Below are positions 11,620-23,995 of a stretch of DNA of 64,000 nucleotides, piece after piece. Made by a program: the position numbers and the translations under genes. The notes under the pieces are model-generated. The model was not told the origin of the DNA and did not search any database. It saw only the letters and a program-made list of their open reading frames with translations. The DNA lies in assembly GCA_973895155.1 (NCBI GenBank), contig OZ316894.1, forward strand, positions 5,870,268-5,934,267, written 5' to 3'. The DNA comes from Marsupella aquatica (Eukaryota; Plantae; Marchantiophyta). The first letter of the stretch is position 1; every line of letters begins with the position of its first letter.

Positions 11620-14132
11620 ATGGGTCGAACACTCACGTTACAGGTCTCAGGGCAAGTGGTGGCGATGGCGATGGCATGGCAGCCCAGATCTGCACTCCGT
11701 CGGCAGGATAAGGAGGATTTCCGTAATGTGCAGGGCAATGGTGGAGTACTCTGTTGTGGAGACATGGATGGGCAATCTTCGTTAGGGTTGTCGGTTTCAA
11801 ACTATTCCAGAAGAGTTCCTGAGCTACAGGTTTGGAGGTTGCAATTTAATTCCGGCGAGAGCAGGAGCAGGAGCAGGAGCAGGAGCGACGGACATTGTGT
11901 GAGAAGAGCTAGGAGGAGAGCATTGGTATGTTGTTCTATCCTCAACGAGGTGGAACAGAACGGCCCACAAACGCCACTAGATCCTGCTTCTCCTGATGTT
12001 CTGAAGGACCAGCTGGAAACCTTGCAAGAGGAGGCTTTGCAGGTCCAAAATCGCTGTAAGTCCGTGCTTTCCTCTTGAATTACCTGTACCCGTTAAAATA
12101 AATGATCTTGTTAGATGAAGCTTGCATTAAAGAAATCCTCTATTTTGTTTATGAACACACATTTGCTTAAGGGATTCTGGCTTTCAGTTTTTTTCCGAAA
12201 AGTGCATACCATCTTAATCAACCTCAATTAGAGAATGGAGAAGTCTGAAGAATCTCAAACGGTGATGTTCTAGACTCCGGGGGTCTTCTTTTGGATCCAA
12301 ATCTATTCATTGGAAGAAAGATATCGTAGGCTTGAAAGAAATTAACTTCTGTTGAGAGAAGTCCAATTGCAGTTAAAGCACTCTAGATAGCAGGGGAGCT
12401 ACTTGGTGCATGACTTCCGAAGACCTTATGTTTGACCTAATTGGCGGCAGACAACAATGCCAGGGCAAGGTTCATGCGACTAACGGAGGTAACGCAGCAA
12501 TTGCAGCGGCGTGCGGCCATTGATTTGAAGCTTGGCAATGAGGACAGTGCAAGGAAAGTACTTGTAGAGAAGCAGAAGGTCATCCAGGCTGCAGAGCTTT
12601 CCAAGAGGCGAGCTCAACTTCTGGACGAGCTTTCTTCTAAATTGGGTGAGGTATATTCTGAGGGCCGTTAACGGACATACTCATTTATGTAAATGATCAA
12701 TTATTCCGAGGGCTGCTTTTGGATCAAAATTTCTCCGAGAGCAAATGCTGTACAGTCGTCATCTCGGGTAGGTCGCATTTGATGTTGTTGTGTTAATTAG
12801 TGTTCCAACTTCAATTGAAGTCGTTGACAACTAAACTTCCTTTTGTGAAGCAAGTGGTGAGTATCGCTGAGATTGAGGAAGCACTTTTGTGCTGGGAAAT
12901 AAGAGTGTATGACTTTGAGTAGGAAGTATGAAATTGACGTATTGCTCTGTTGGCGTGTGTCGCTTTTTGTTGCGTTTTGACAGGCCATCTCTGCCAAGGA
13001 GACACAATACATAGTGGCTTTGTCGACTCCCCAGCGAGAGGAGCGCACCGTGCGAGTGGTCTCTCCAAAAGGAGAGAGTTCGAGTTCAGTAAACCAAGAT
13101 TTGGATGAAGAAGGGAATCCCTCCGGCCTAGGAACTGCCGAAGCGTCTAGGATTCGTCATGAGGGTACTGATACAGCGGACCTTGTAGCTGTTGCAACAG
13201 AGGATAATGGAGATAACAGGCAGGCTGAACCAGTTAGTGGAGACCTTCTATTACAGAGGGAGAAACTAAGCTTAGATGCAGAGCTGGGATATTCAACAGA
13301 TCGACTCATCTATGGTAATGATGAGGATGTGGAGGCAGCTGGCCCGGTGAATGATTCCTACAATATGAAGGTTCCACCTGAAAAAGAAGAATTTGTTAGA
13401 GATGACAGGGATATAAATGTACAATCTGTTGGGAGGCTGTTGCCAAAGGATTCCCTGCAAGGAGAATCGTTGGCAACGGCAATCAACGGAGGTGTTGAAG
13501 AAAATGTCTTGGAGATTGGAATTCCACATTCCCTCTCTGATATTTGCGATGTTGATGATGTTGACGATTTAAAATCCGGTTCACCAGGAAACGGGGAAGT
13601 CGCAGAGCCCACCATCAGGGGTCGTCCAGAATATGTTGATGCCGGGGATGGAAGTGAAAAAGTGGGGACTGCGGGCGTGGATGGTCTGGGTCATTCTGAA
13701 CGACTCGAATGTAGAGAAGCGAATGGGAATGACAGCTTCAATGATGGGCGAAGACGCTTAGTTGAGCAATTGATTCTGGACGTGGATCATCAGGTCAGCA
13801 CTATCGAATTGAGGCTAAACACTGAAGTGAGCAGAAATATGGACTCAAATGCCACGGATGTCAAGCAAATGGGGGATTTGCTTGACCAAATCCAGAGCCT
13901 AAGGGCAAGGTAATTTTTGGCATTTACCTTCTTGGCATTCGTGAGCTCGTGCACGAAGAAGCAGGACCAATGCCTGGTCTTCTCTTTAGCACTTTGCACT
14001 CTCTCTATGTGATCCAAGTTTGTTGTCCTCATAGTTTTTTGATTTATCAAAGCCGTGTGCTAATAATCCATGTACCAAACTGGCCGCAGGATATCCGAGG
14101 TTGTTGTTTTATTAGCACAAAAGGAAACGTAG
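11620..14132 (+). CDS. Probable plastid-targeted coiled-coil protein (resembles Arabidopsis At1g06510; PspA/IM30-like helices) with a long acidic linker
   Basis: Model join(11620..12055,12451..12650,12984..13909,14090..14132) with GT-AG introns and consistent phases; start could be 11665. R/S-rich transit-peptide-like N-terminus, then LKDQLETLQEEA...NNARARFMRL...RRAAIDLKLGNEDSARKVLVEKQKV...LLDELSSKLGEAISAKETQ, recalled from the At1g06510 family. Confidence 0.75.
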
Positions 14133-14977
14133 CAGCATTTTATGGGCATCATCTTCAAAAGATCTGGATGAGAATCGAAAAGGAGCGCATCAAGCAATCC
14201 CACAGGCAGATTTTGAACCTCACTTCGCGTAGATCTTCTTTAGTGAGCGAGAGATCTGTATGCAAGCAGGAAATTTCCGTTCCGATTTTTAATCTGATGG
14301 GGCTTAATTACGTCCTCCAGTAGCGCTTAGAAATGGAACCAAAAAATCCAGTCGTGTGGATTAAAAGTATGGACATGCCAACGTTGAGCTGAAGCTTTAC
14401 TCTTCGCGATTTCTTCCTTTATAATCCTCTGGAAATGTTGGAGCATGATGCACAGATAGGTTGTACTCGGATAGTCATTTATACCTCGTGTGGACAGCAC
14501 AAGCTGGTGCTAAGTCTGCAGGAATGAAATGAAAAATGCTGCAACTTTGCACTGTTATTCCATGAGGAAGGAATGTAGATTTCTCGGTCAGAAACGGCTA
14601 AGAATGATGGGATGGACATTACTGCAACAAATCTACAATCATCATTCAAAGTATTGTAAACATCATTCTGAGCCGCTGACATCATGGTGCAAAGAAGACG
14701 GCAGAGAATGATGGGTCAGACATTAGTACAATCTATCAAGGCACCTGGATTGCTGCACTCCATTAGGGAATCTCAAATATGGCCCAAATGGAGTCTAAGG
14801 GCAATCTGGGTCTAGGTTCGGCAGGGACAAGGCTGAAAAAAATGTTTGAGCTCCCTTAGCCTAGCCCACACACTCATGTCACAGAATTTCTCCTATTCTG
14901 GATGGCCACTTCCCCCACTGCAGCCTGGCTGTTGAGGGATTAAGAAAAAAAAGTAATTCAAAAAATCCTGAAGTCAT

Positions 14978-15362
14978 CTGCAGGTCATGTTGTGGACTCT
15001 GGCCCTATCTTGTGGAAGAACATCGCAGGTGCATATTTGAGCCCCCCTATTGATTAACTTTCCATCACCTTGTGGAAGTATGTACCCCCATAGCGCTGCA
15101 GGTCATGTTGTGGACTCTGGCCCTATCCTGTGGAAGAACATTGCAGGTGCATATTTGAGACCCCCTATTGATTAACCTTCCATCACCTAGCGGAAGTATG
15201 TACCCCCATAGCCCTGGTATAGGATCCCTTCCTGGCTGGTAATTGTTATCCAAATGTGTTTGAGACCCCCTATTGATTAACCTTCCATCACCTAGCGGAA
15301 GTATATACCCCCATAGCGCTGGTATAGGATCCCTTCCTGGCTGGTAATTGTTATCCAAATGT
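14978..15362. repeat. Composite tandem duplication (~105-119 bp overlapping units)
   Basis: CTGCAGGTCATGTTGTGGACTCTGG twice, CCCCCTATTGATTAAC..CCATCACC three times, CTGGTATAGGATCCCTTCCTGGCTGG twice. Confidence 0.9.
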
Positions 15363-17641
15363 GACAATATAAAGTGTACTGGTAATTGCAAGTCCAAATG
15401 GTATAAGATAAATGACACTCATTTAAAGAGAATAATTAGTGACATAATACACCCTATATTATCACATTTTGATGTCCAATGCTCAGGACATCTCCAGGCA
15501 GTGCATTGAAGTATTCAAATGTGACACCACAGAAGTTGGGGAGCTCCTTGACAAGCAATATGACCAACCATCTCTGGCAGAATCTGTTGCTGACAAGGGA
15601 TTGGTAGTCAGACATGGATGCTCTAAACTTCCAAAACTGAGCCTGGGAGGTCCTTCCAGTAGTAACCAAATTTGTGGTAGTAATTTCTGTACACTTTTGA
15701 GATTCTGGTTTTTGAGGCTTAATAATAAGTGGATTGGTGGTTTGAATATGTACACATTCGTGAGATTCTGGTCTCCTGGGCCAGTGGCAAGTGCATTGGT
15801 AGTTTTTGCATTTTATATTTTGGCTGGATTGGGTTCCTTCTCCTACTCGAATTGTGGTTTAATTGAGCTGATTTTATGGTTTTGTGAGTCCATCATTGTG
15901 TTGTCATTTAGTTGAAAAGTTTATCCAACAATGAGTTTATATTGTCCTTGTCGACCTAGAGGTGCTCCACTTAATTGCAACCTGGAATCACCAAGAAACC
16001 CCAATTAACAACTGCAAAGGAGCCAGACCAAAGGCCCTAAAATGAAATCAAATGCAAATACATACCATTTAAAATGTTGGAATGTGAAAGAGAGAAAGGG
16101 CTGGAGTAAATATTAAGCAATCTACGGTTCTTCAAATGGATTTCAAGTCCTAAACCTCCAAAAATAATTTTAAAAATGCCAAATGACAGTCAGGTTAGTC
16201 TTTGCCATACTAAAAGTCATGCCTGAGTCTGCAATTACTATTGTGGTATAAATTAGGAAAGCTTACAAAATTACCCCCACAAGTTACCCAAATTACCTAA
16301 ATACCCTTCAAGTTTGAGATTTACAAAAATACCCCTAGTGTAGATAGGGGAAACTTAAAAAATTACATAAGTACCTTTAACCACTTTTGAGATTTCAAAT
16401 ATGCCCCTGCAATGTCACAGCTTGGCAAAGGTGTCCCATTGTTTCTTACACTACCTGTGGCTCCGTATTGATTTCCGACAGGTCATAACCCATGTTATAC
16501 TGTGTTATGTGATGACCCTGCACATTGCATAGCAACAGTGGTTACTTTTAATTACTTTTTTGATAACAGAAAGGTTAGAGTGTGCCAGTTTATTCCAAAA
16601 GCCGGCTCAGCAAAGACCAGTGGGACACCTATGCTTTCATACTTGCTAAGAAGCTAATACATGTCCTCTTGCTTTCTTGTCGTGTTGAGGCACCAGCACC
16701 TAGCAAAATTTAGGCAAATGTTGCTTTGTACCCACAAATGGCTGATCTGGTTCCTCCTTTGCACCTCTAGCAAATAGCAAGTAGCTTGGCATCCTAAAAC
16801 ATCTTTGGCTTTTTGTCTTGTAGTGATCCATTAATAAATTTCCAGTATCTTGGAAAATTGAATTTAAATCTTAATTATCAAGGGATGCTTAGCCTTTGAT
16901 ATGTTTTATTTTTGTCCTGGTAGTGATCTATTAATGGCTTCTACAGTCTCATAGCTAGTTCTATGTATGTTTTAAATAATTATATTGTTGTGACTCGAGA
17001 AAGGTACATACAGTAGATTGGGAAACTTAAAATGTGTGTGATTCACGTTTCCTTGTTGTCTTAATAGTATAATGTGCACAATAGGATAGTGATGAAAACA
17101 CGGTGACGCATTGGTGTGACCAGAGGTCAAATCTTTGTCAAGTGGGTGGGGATCTTTTTCATGAGTAGGAGGTGGGCCCTCACAAAGGAAGCCTTAAACA
17201 GTACATGGATCAGGAGAAAACTCCATGACAGTATATGGATAGGGAGTGGGATGGGGAGCAGTTTAAATGGGGACTAAAATAATGCTCATGAAAATTTTTT
17301 AAGGGGTATAATAAGTAATTAAGGCCGTTCCTAGCAAACCATAGAAAATCTATCAACTGTTCAAATTTATCAACACGTGTGTCACATCATGGTTACTGTT
17401 CTGGCTTCTAATGACCTATGGAGTGGCAAGCTGGCCTATAACAAGCCCACATCGAAAGAAAAGTTGTTAGTGTACTCCTTAAAGCACCACTGGCCATGTA
17501 AAAGGGAAAAGTGTACAAGGTTTTTCTTCGTTTTTCACATTGGTCCCCTCTACCATAAGACTTTACTCCACAATTTCAGGAAAAAATACTAAAAGTAGTG
17601 AAATCTGTGTAACCATGTTTTTGTCATGGCTAGTGTCTCTT

Positions 17642-17686
17642 TAAGGTCAAGTGGTTTAAGGTCAAGTGGTTTAAGGTCAAGTGGTT
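17642..17686. repeat. 15-bp minisatellite (TAAGGTCAAGTGGTT)x3
   Basis: Three perfect tandem copies. Confidence 0.9.
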
Positions 17687-18040
17687 GCTTTTATACCTTT
17701 TCTGTCGTTCAAAGGTTGTCACACAAGACCTTTTTGGCCAGATTATTACTCATTAAGAAATCTCCATAGTTTTATACTGTTTCAGTAGGATGTTTCTTTT
17801 AAAGCCCCGTGATCCTCTACACACCTGGGTACTCAATCCTCAGCAGCTACTGTACTTCAGCACCCTGCACATACAGCAGGGCTTAAAAAATCTGACACAT
17901 TAAATTGTATTTGAAACTGGCCACATTTTAGTCACTCAACACTTAATGTTTTGTTAAGTACAGGATCGTGTCCCTCAATGTGATAAAAAGTCTCCCGCGC
18001 ATAAGGTCTCCTTGCATACACAAATCACCTTTATATCCTA

Positions 18041-18253
18041 TTAAATCACACCTGCCACTATAAAAGATTCATTCCATGTCTCACTACTCACCATAAAAGG
18101 TGAAACAGTAGCACCTTTTGTGGAGTATTTGCCAAAAAAAGCTTTTGCAGTCAGCACTTTTTGTAGAATTCAAAACACATTTCTGAACTTGTACTCTTCG
18201 AAATGAGAGCTACGGGTTACCCATAGACCTTTATAGGGGCAGGTGTGGTTTAA
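18041..18253. mobile_element. MITE-like element with ~26-bp imperfect terminal inverted repeats
   Basis: TTAAATCACACCTGCCACTATAAAAG (18041-18066) is inverse-complementary to CCTTTATAGGGGCAGGTGTGGTTTAA (18228-18253) with 3 mismatches; no clear TSD. Confidence 0.5.
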
Positions 18254-18539
18254 GGGACAGCTCACATTGTTAACCAGATACATAATGGTCACACCTGGGC
18301 TTCTGCTAGGAAGCTCTAAAGATCATAAGTAAAAGAATTTTTGTTGAGTACCAGAGGTTTTATAAAAAAAAACACGGAAACAGCTGATAAGAAATAACCA
18401 AGCATGTCTTGAGGGGAGAATGGAAAAAGTCCAGAAGTTTGGTCGTTGAGTTTATTGATGACATGCTCATCCTGGAACATTTTTGATATTTTGTCTTGTA
18501 GTGATATGTAAGTGAATCAAATAAGAACTAGAATAGGAC

Positions 18540-19050
18540 ATGCAAAGAAAAGTACGTCGTGACCAATGAAAAGTACAGTCAGGTGCTATGACACAAAGGC
18601 ACTACCATGTATGCACTTGATTCAATGTGTCTTATTAATGACACTCAATTCAATAAAACCGTAAGCTTAGGGAAGAAAGTCATGAGAGGAACTTAATACA
18701 GCATGTGTTCAAGTTTATTTAGAATCATTTTTCTCTCTCATGAGAAGACTTAAAAACATTGTTCAAGTGATAGAAATGAAAGTAGTTGAGATTAAAAATT
18801 AAGAGGGCTACCAAAATGAGTTCAAAATTCTTTGAAATAACAAAAATTATCGGATGTCCCCGAAGGGACTGAAATAACAAAAATTAAAGATACCAAAAAT
18901 GAATAGGGTTCAAAATTAAGTAAAATCTATATAATACAAAAGATGCCCCTTCATAAGGCACATTAAAATAAAAATACATAACAGAGAAATTATGAATAAA
19001 ACAAAATCTAAAAAGTGCATTCCTCCATATATCCATTCTTCATATTTTTT
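18540..19050. repeat. AT-rich dispersed repeat, homologous to 62690-63170
   Basis: Colinear shared blocks AAGAAAAGTAC, AATGAC.(C/A)TCAA, CTCTCATGAGAA and TAAGGCACATTAAAAT in both places. Confidence 0.6.
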
Positions 19051-22050
19051 ATTGATATGGACTGGTCGAACTGCAATGTCCTTGAAGTCTCTTTTATTGT
19101 TATGGTGATTGATATCAAGTGTTGGATATCAAGAGTTTGACCCATTTAATCTCTGGGAGTACAACATTCATAAATGCTAGTAAGTTGGCAATGATGTAAA
19201 GTAGCTAATTCATAAACACAGTCACTTAGTACTCTTGTAATGTGCTCGTGAGAACTATTTGGCAATCATTTCAGGTTTCAACATACCGTGCTCGTGAAAG
19301 GCAGTAACTGTTTGCATTGAATCCTTAGTACTGGGTACGCCACATAAATGTCTGTCAGCAAAAGTTCCCTTCTAAAGATTGAGACCCAATATATGGGTGC
19401 TACATTTGTTCACGGGGGACACTGAGGAGACTGAGCTTCAATCGGGGCGTTTCCCGTGTTTTCGTCAATAAATTCAATTCTGGTCGATGACCGAAGAATG
19501 AATACAATGTTTGCATGTTGATGACATGGATTTTTTGTCCCTTTTCTGTGAAATTTACAATCGTTTCCTTGGCCTTGACTTTATTGAGAGACGGTGCCTT
19601 TTCATTAATCGCTCTGATTATGACTAGTAAGAAAAGAAAGGTGAGCAAGGATTCTTCAATACCCTTAAATGTTCCCAGCTTCGACGAATTATGGCCCCTT
19701 AACCTGCCGATTAATTTGGCAAGAGCTTGACCCATTCTCTCCGATGACAAGTTGGAGAGCGAACATGAGAAGTTCAAGCCAGGGATGTGGCTGACTCCTG
19801 TGACAAAAGACTTGTTGGATCAATGCATGCCTAAAGTCTGAGTGCTGCCCTATCCTCGTGGCGACACAACGTCACCAGGAAGGCTGGGCGGCTTGAATTG
19901 TCACCAGACAATTCTTGCACACAACACTTTTGCTGTGAGGGTTTTAGTACAAGCAGCGGTGGTTCCATTTGTCTACAGTAGGTTGGGAAGTACTTATCAC
20001 CGGCACGTAAAGGTGTTGCACAACAATCATGAAACTTTTGTGACGAGGATTATGTACAGGCGTCACACTCGACTACGGCAGAGGTAGCAGCACTAGTCAC
20101 CTCTCAGAAAACGGTAGTTGGCTAACCCGACAACTCCCCTGTTCCCACTGTCTACTGGGCTACATGAGAGTCTTACACCAATGTGCCAACAGTGACTGGA
20201 ACTCTTTTTCACATTAACAATAAAGTTGTCCATGAGGCGTTGATACGAGTCTTGCACAATGTCAACAGTGAATGAAACTCTGTCACATTAACAGTAAAAT
20301 TGTTCATGAGGCCTGGATATGAGAATTGTACACAATGCTCAGAGGCAGTGATCCTTCTGGCCACATTAACAGTGAGTTGCTCATGAGGTCCGGATATCAG
20401 AGTCATACACAATGCCAACATTAGAGTTGTCCCTGTTGAGGCCAAATCATTGTGATTTTACTGTTATTTAGGCACAGATTTATGTGTCAGTTGAACTACA
20501 GTAGAACTAGTCAGGACTAAAATAGTGACTCAAACTCCCGAAAGGGGTTTTGGGATGTGCTTTCCTACAAGGCATCCTGCAAGACATCGATCGAGCAGTA
20601 CTTCAAGTTCACGGCACTGCCCCAACTACAACAGGTAGAGTTTCATGAGTCAATCTGCGTTGCGGGAATTTACTGTAATTACTTGTTTTTGGGGCAATCA
20701 TCCTTCATTTCACCCCATTCTTAAACATACAAATCTAGTGATTGAACTCTTTGTCATAAGCACTTACTATATCACACTCGTATGAATCTCTTACGGCAGA
20801 TGATTGTGGTGCAACCGTGTTGTTGGTAATTGGAGGGAGACTGTCCATGCAACCACGTCTCCCTTACTAGTACAATACTCTTAGTAACAATTTAGCTAGC
20901 CCGCATGAGTGTCCATGTCTGATAGCAAGTCTGTTGTCAAGAATACAGAGGATAATGCGAGGTCTCATGACTCGACTGATCCAGAAACTTTATTCATCGA
21001 TCGATCAAGTATGAAATAATTAGCCCATCATCATTCTATCAACATAAATTGATAGCTTTCCGCCAGATGTCGACCTACTCGGGGTGTTGTTTCATTCTCT
21101 GTTAATGTGTGGGTCTCCTGCTTACGCATACGTGCATTCATCCCTTGTAAGTCTATTACTGTGTCTATGAAGTTCTCAGCTGCACTGCTGCATGCATGCG
21201 CAAGGGTTCCTGTGTATTCATACGTAATGATTATGTCTGTACACTGAATTATCTTGCCGCTTCTTCAGGTCCTTGGATCCAATGCTCTTGAGGAGTGGTA
21301 CAACCACATTGAAGGTGCAGCTACGGTGGTAGTGCATGTCCTGCAAAATCATCGAAGCCATTAGTTTTGTACATATGTTGGCCATCTGTAGTCTGTCAGT
21401 GGTAGCCGGTCGGACTCGATTGGGCAGCAGGTGGCCACAAAGGACGGTTATGATGATTCACGTACGCCAACATCTTGCAGTCTTGAACAACCCCATTGTG
21501 GATGTAAAAGCAAGTGAGGGAGCCATCATGGCTCACTGATGTGTGGACAATCTAGAAAGTAACTACAATCTGTCGACTTGATTTCCTCCATATCGTATTC
21601 GTCTTCGGGCTTGATCGAGTCTGGTAAAGGAACCCAGGCAAGCTAATCTCTTCTAAGTGCGTAAATGGGGAAGGGATCCATCACGTTTTAGTTGTGGCCC
21701 TGTCAACAGATAGCTGATTTGATCTCCAAAGGCTTTCCGCCCACTACTCTAGTTAGATGGTCTCAATTGAAGAGGTGGAAGAGTGTAGAGTCATCGATCA
21801 GAATACTTCGTAAAGATTTATACAAAACATAAACATGCCAAAAGAATTCAATTTAAGGTAATTATCTTATAAAAATTGGAGAGAGAATGATGTCGAGGGC
21901 CCCAGAACTCGTCAACACAAATTCATGGCGATAGCATAAAGTGCAAGGACATCATGACTGCCTTAAAGTGGAAATTGGTTCTGAATCTGTACCTGCAGAA
22001 GCCAGGTTTGAAGAGGTGTTAGTTGGTTGGCCCCCGGCCAGCCCCGTCCA

Positions 22051-23768
22051 TCATAATGATTGTCTGTATTTTGGTCTATAGCCCTTGTTCCTGCTGCCTG
22101 GTGTGAGCCGCTTCGAAAAATTGATCACGGCTTGCGTCTGTCTGCCACTGGCACCGAAAGTCGACTGAATCATCCGGACTCTTGAGAAAATCGGCTGCAC
22201 AAATCAAACACGGTCGGACAAGAAATTAGCCTTCCGATGATTTTCTGATGTCCGTCGAACTCCATCCGTTGACCATCATATAGCCAACCAAGAAATGAGA
22301 ATACATCACACGTACGTGCTTTTGATGACTTCAACTAAGTTGATTTCTGGCTCAATGATCATATCAAATAATTTTGTGTCTCATTTCGACGTGGAATCTG
22401 GGACAACTCGTTTCCGGGCAACAATTCCTACATCATCAATATATACATTTTTATATATGTCCAGAATCGTCGAGAAGATAGAGCGAAAATTGGACTAAAC
22501 TGACATATATGCACTCCTCCAAATGACTGAGCTGCAGCAACACCCAAGTTGGTGTACGCTAATTGCCACACAAAGTGTCGGGATTGGACAACGGAGAAGA
22601 AGACGCCAGTCATTGAACAGTCGTTGCTGAAGCGCACAACTGTCCAATTTTGTTCCGGTCTGGTCCATTCATGATCTATGTGTGGGTTGAGCTCAGCTGA
22701 GATGGATGTTTTACTAATTGTAGATTCAATCCTAGACATCTCGAACAAATGAAAAATCATGGTGATAGCCGAATTACACCCAGCACAGTTCTGAATATTG
22801 ATGGCGGCTGCCGCATGATTATGATACAAGGATCAATTAAGACTGCACTACGAGGGGGATTGATCTTCCCTTACCATGCATGACAAAAATCCCGAGGGAC
22901 GGACATGATCATCGGTCTCGGAGGACTCGCTGTCCCCGTCATCTGAACCTTCGTTGGACTCGCTACTTCCACCAAAATTGGGAGGTGCGACGGCAGTAGC
23001 AGTGGCAAAATTCACGAGATTTCCAAGGGCAAGGAGGTCGCTCGTGGAGCCACCCGCAGCTCTCGGTCCACCACCACCACCGGAGCTCACAGGCGAGGGC
23101 ATCTGAGGCGACATGGAGGTCGAGCTGAAGCTCGTGGACTCTAATGACCACTGCTTTCGCATCGTTGTTGTTGATGATGATGATGCAGTAGATGATGCTG
23201 GAGGCTCCTGATCATCCGACGCCCGCGCGGAGCTATACTCGTCGTCTGATACCTCTGGCCAGTCGAAATCAGAACGTTTGCTCAAGCAGCTCTTACTCCG
23301 CGATCGCTGATGGGCAAAGCTGCTGTCCGCAGTCGTCGTACTAGCACTACTCCTGCTGCTCATGGAATACGAGATTTCTGGTCTGCTATAGCTCCTGGAC
23401 TTGGAGGGCAGACCGGATTTCTGCTGATCCTTAAATGAAGCAGGTACGAAAGGGTTTAAGGGTGAATTCGAGGCAGATGGAGGGGGTCGAAGTTGTAGCC
23501 GTCCGGACTCTTGATGGCCATCGACGACCGCCTGGGACGAACGATCTACAATGGGCGTTCCTGGAGCAGCCTCCCACTTGAAGGGCACGGAGAGGTGCTC
23601 GTTCCCGTTGTAGTAGGACATTCTGGATGGCTCAAATTCGCACTCAGATAGTCGCGCAGGCAGGTTGCAGAAGACGAGCGAGGGTCCCTCGTCCGCCATT
23701 GCCCTCATACTGCAATTCAGCGTATCGTGAGTCAGCTGATCCCGCGCAATCCCTCTGACTAACATCAT
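22051..23768 (-). CDS. DUF688-type Ser-rich protein
   Basis: Motif SVPFKWEAAPGTP followed by LRPPPS is typical of DUF688 proteins. Model complement(join(22051..22194,22875..23768)): donor ATG/GTAAGG at 22875, acceptor TTGTGCAG/ at 22194, TGA at 22051. Start uncertain (23768, 23708 or 23699). Confidence 0.7.
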
Positions 23769-23890
23769 ATCTATCTCTTCAGACTGGTCAGGACAGGTCA
23801 CACGTCTCCTTTTTTCCAAGCTTGTATACAATCTAATTGACAATCACCTAGCTCAACCTACTAGCCTCAATTCCTGAAGAGTCAGCCCGC

Positions 23891-23995
23891 CCCAACTGCT
23901 CGACTGATGAGTGTGAGTCCCAACTGCTTGACTAATGAGTGTGAGTCCCAACTGCTTGACTGATGAGTGTGAGTCCCAACTGCTCGACTGATATG
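23891..23995. repeat. 28-bp minisatellite (CCCAACTGCTYGACTRATGAGTGTGAGT), ~3.7 copies
   Basis: Directly abutting near-identical units, no spacers. Confidence 0.9.

Noticed and set aside
23891-23995. CRISPR-like 28-bp repeats
   Set aside because: Units abut with no unique spacers, the context is eukaryotic and there are no cas genes; it is a minisatellite.
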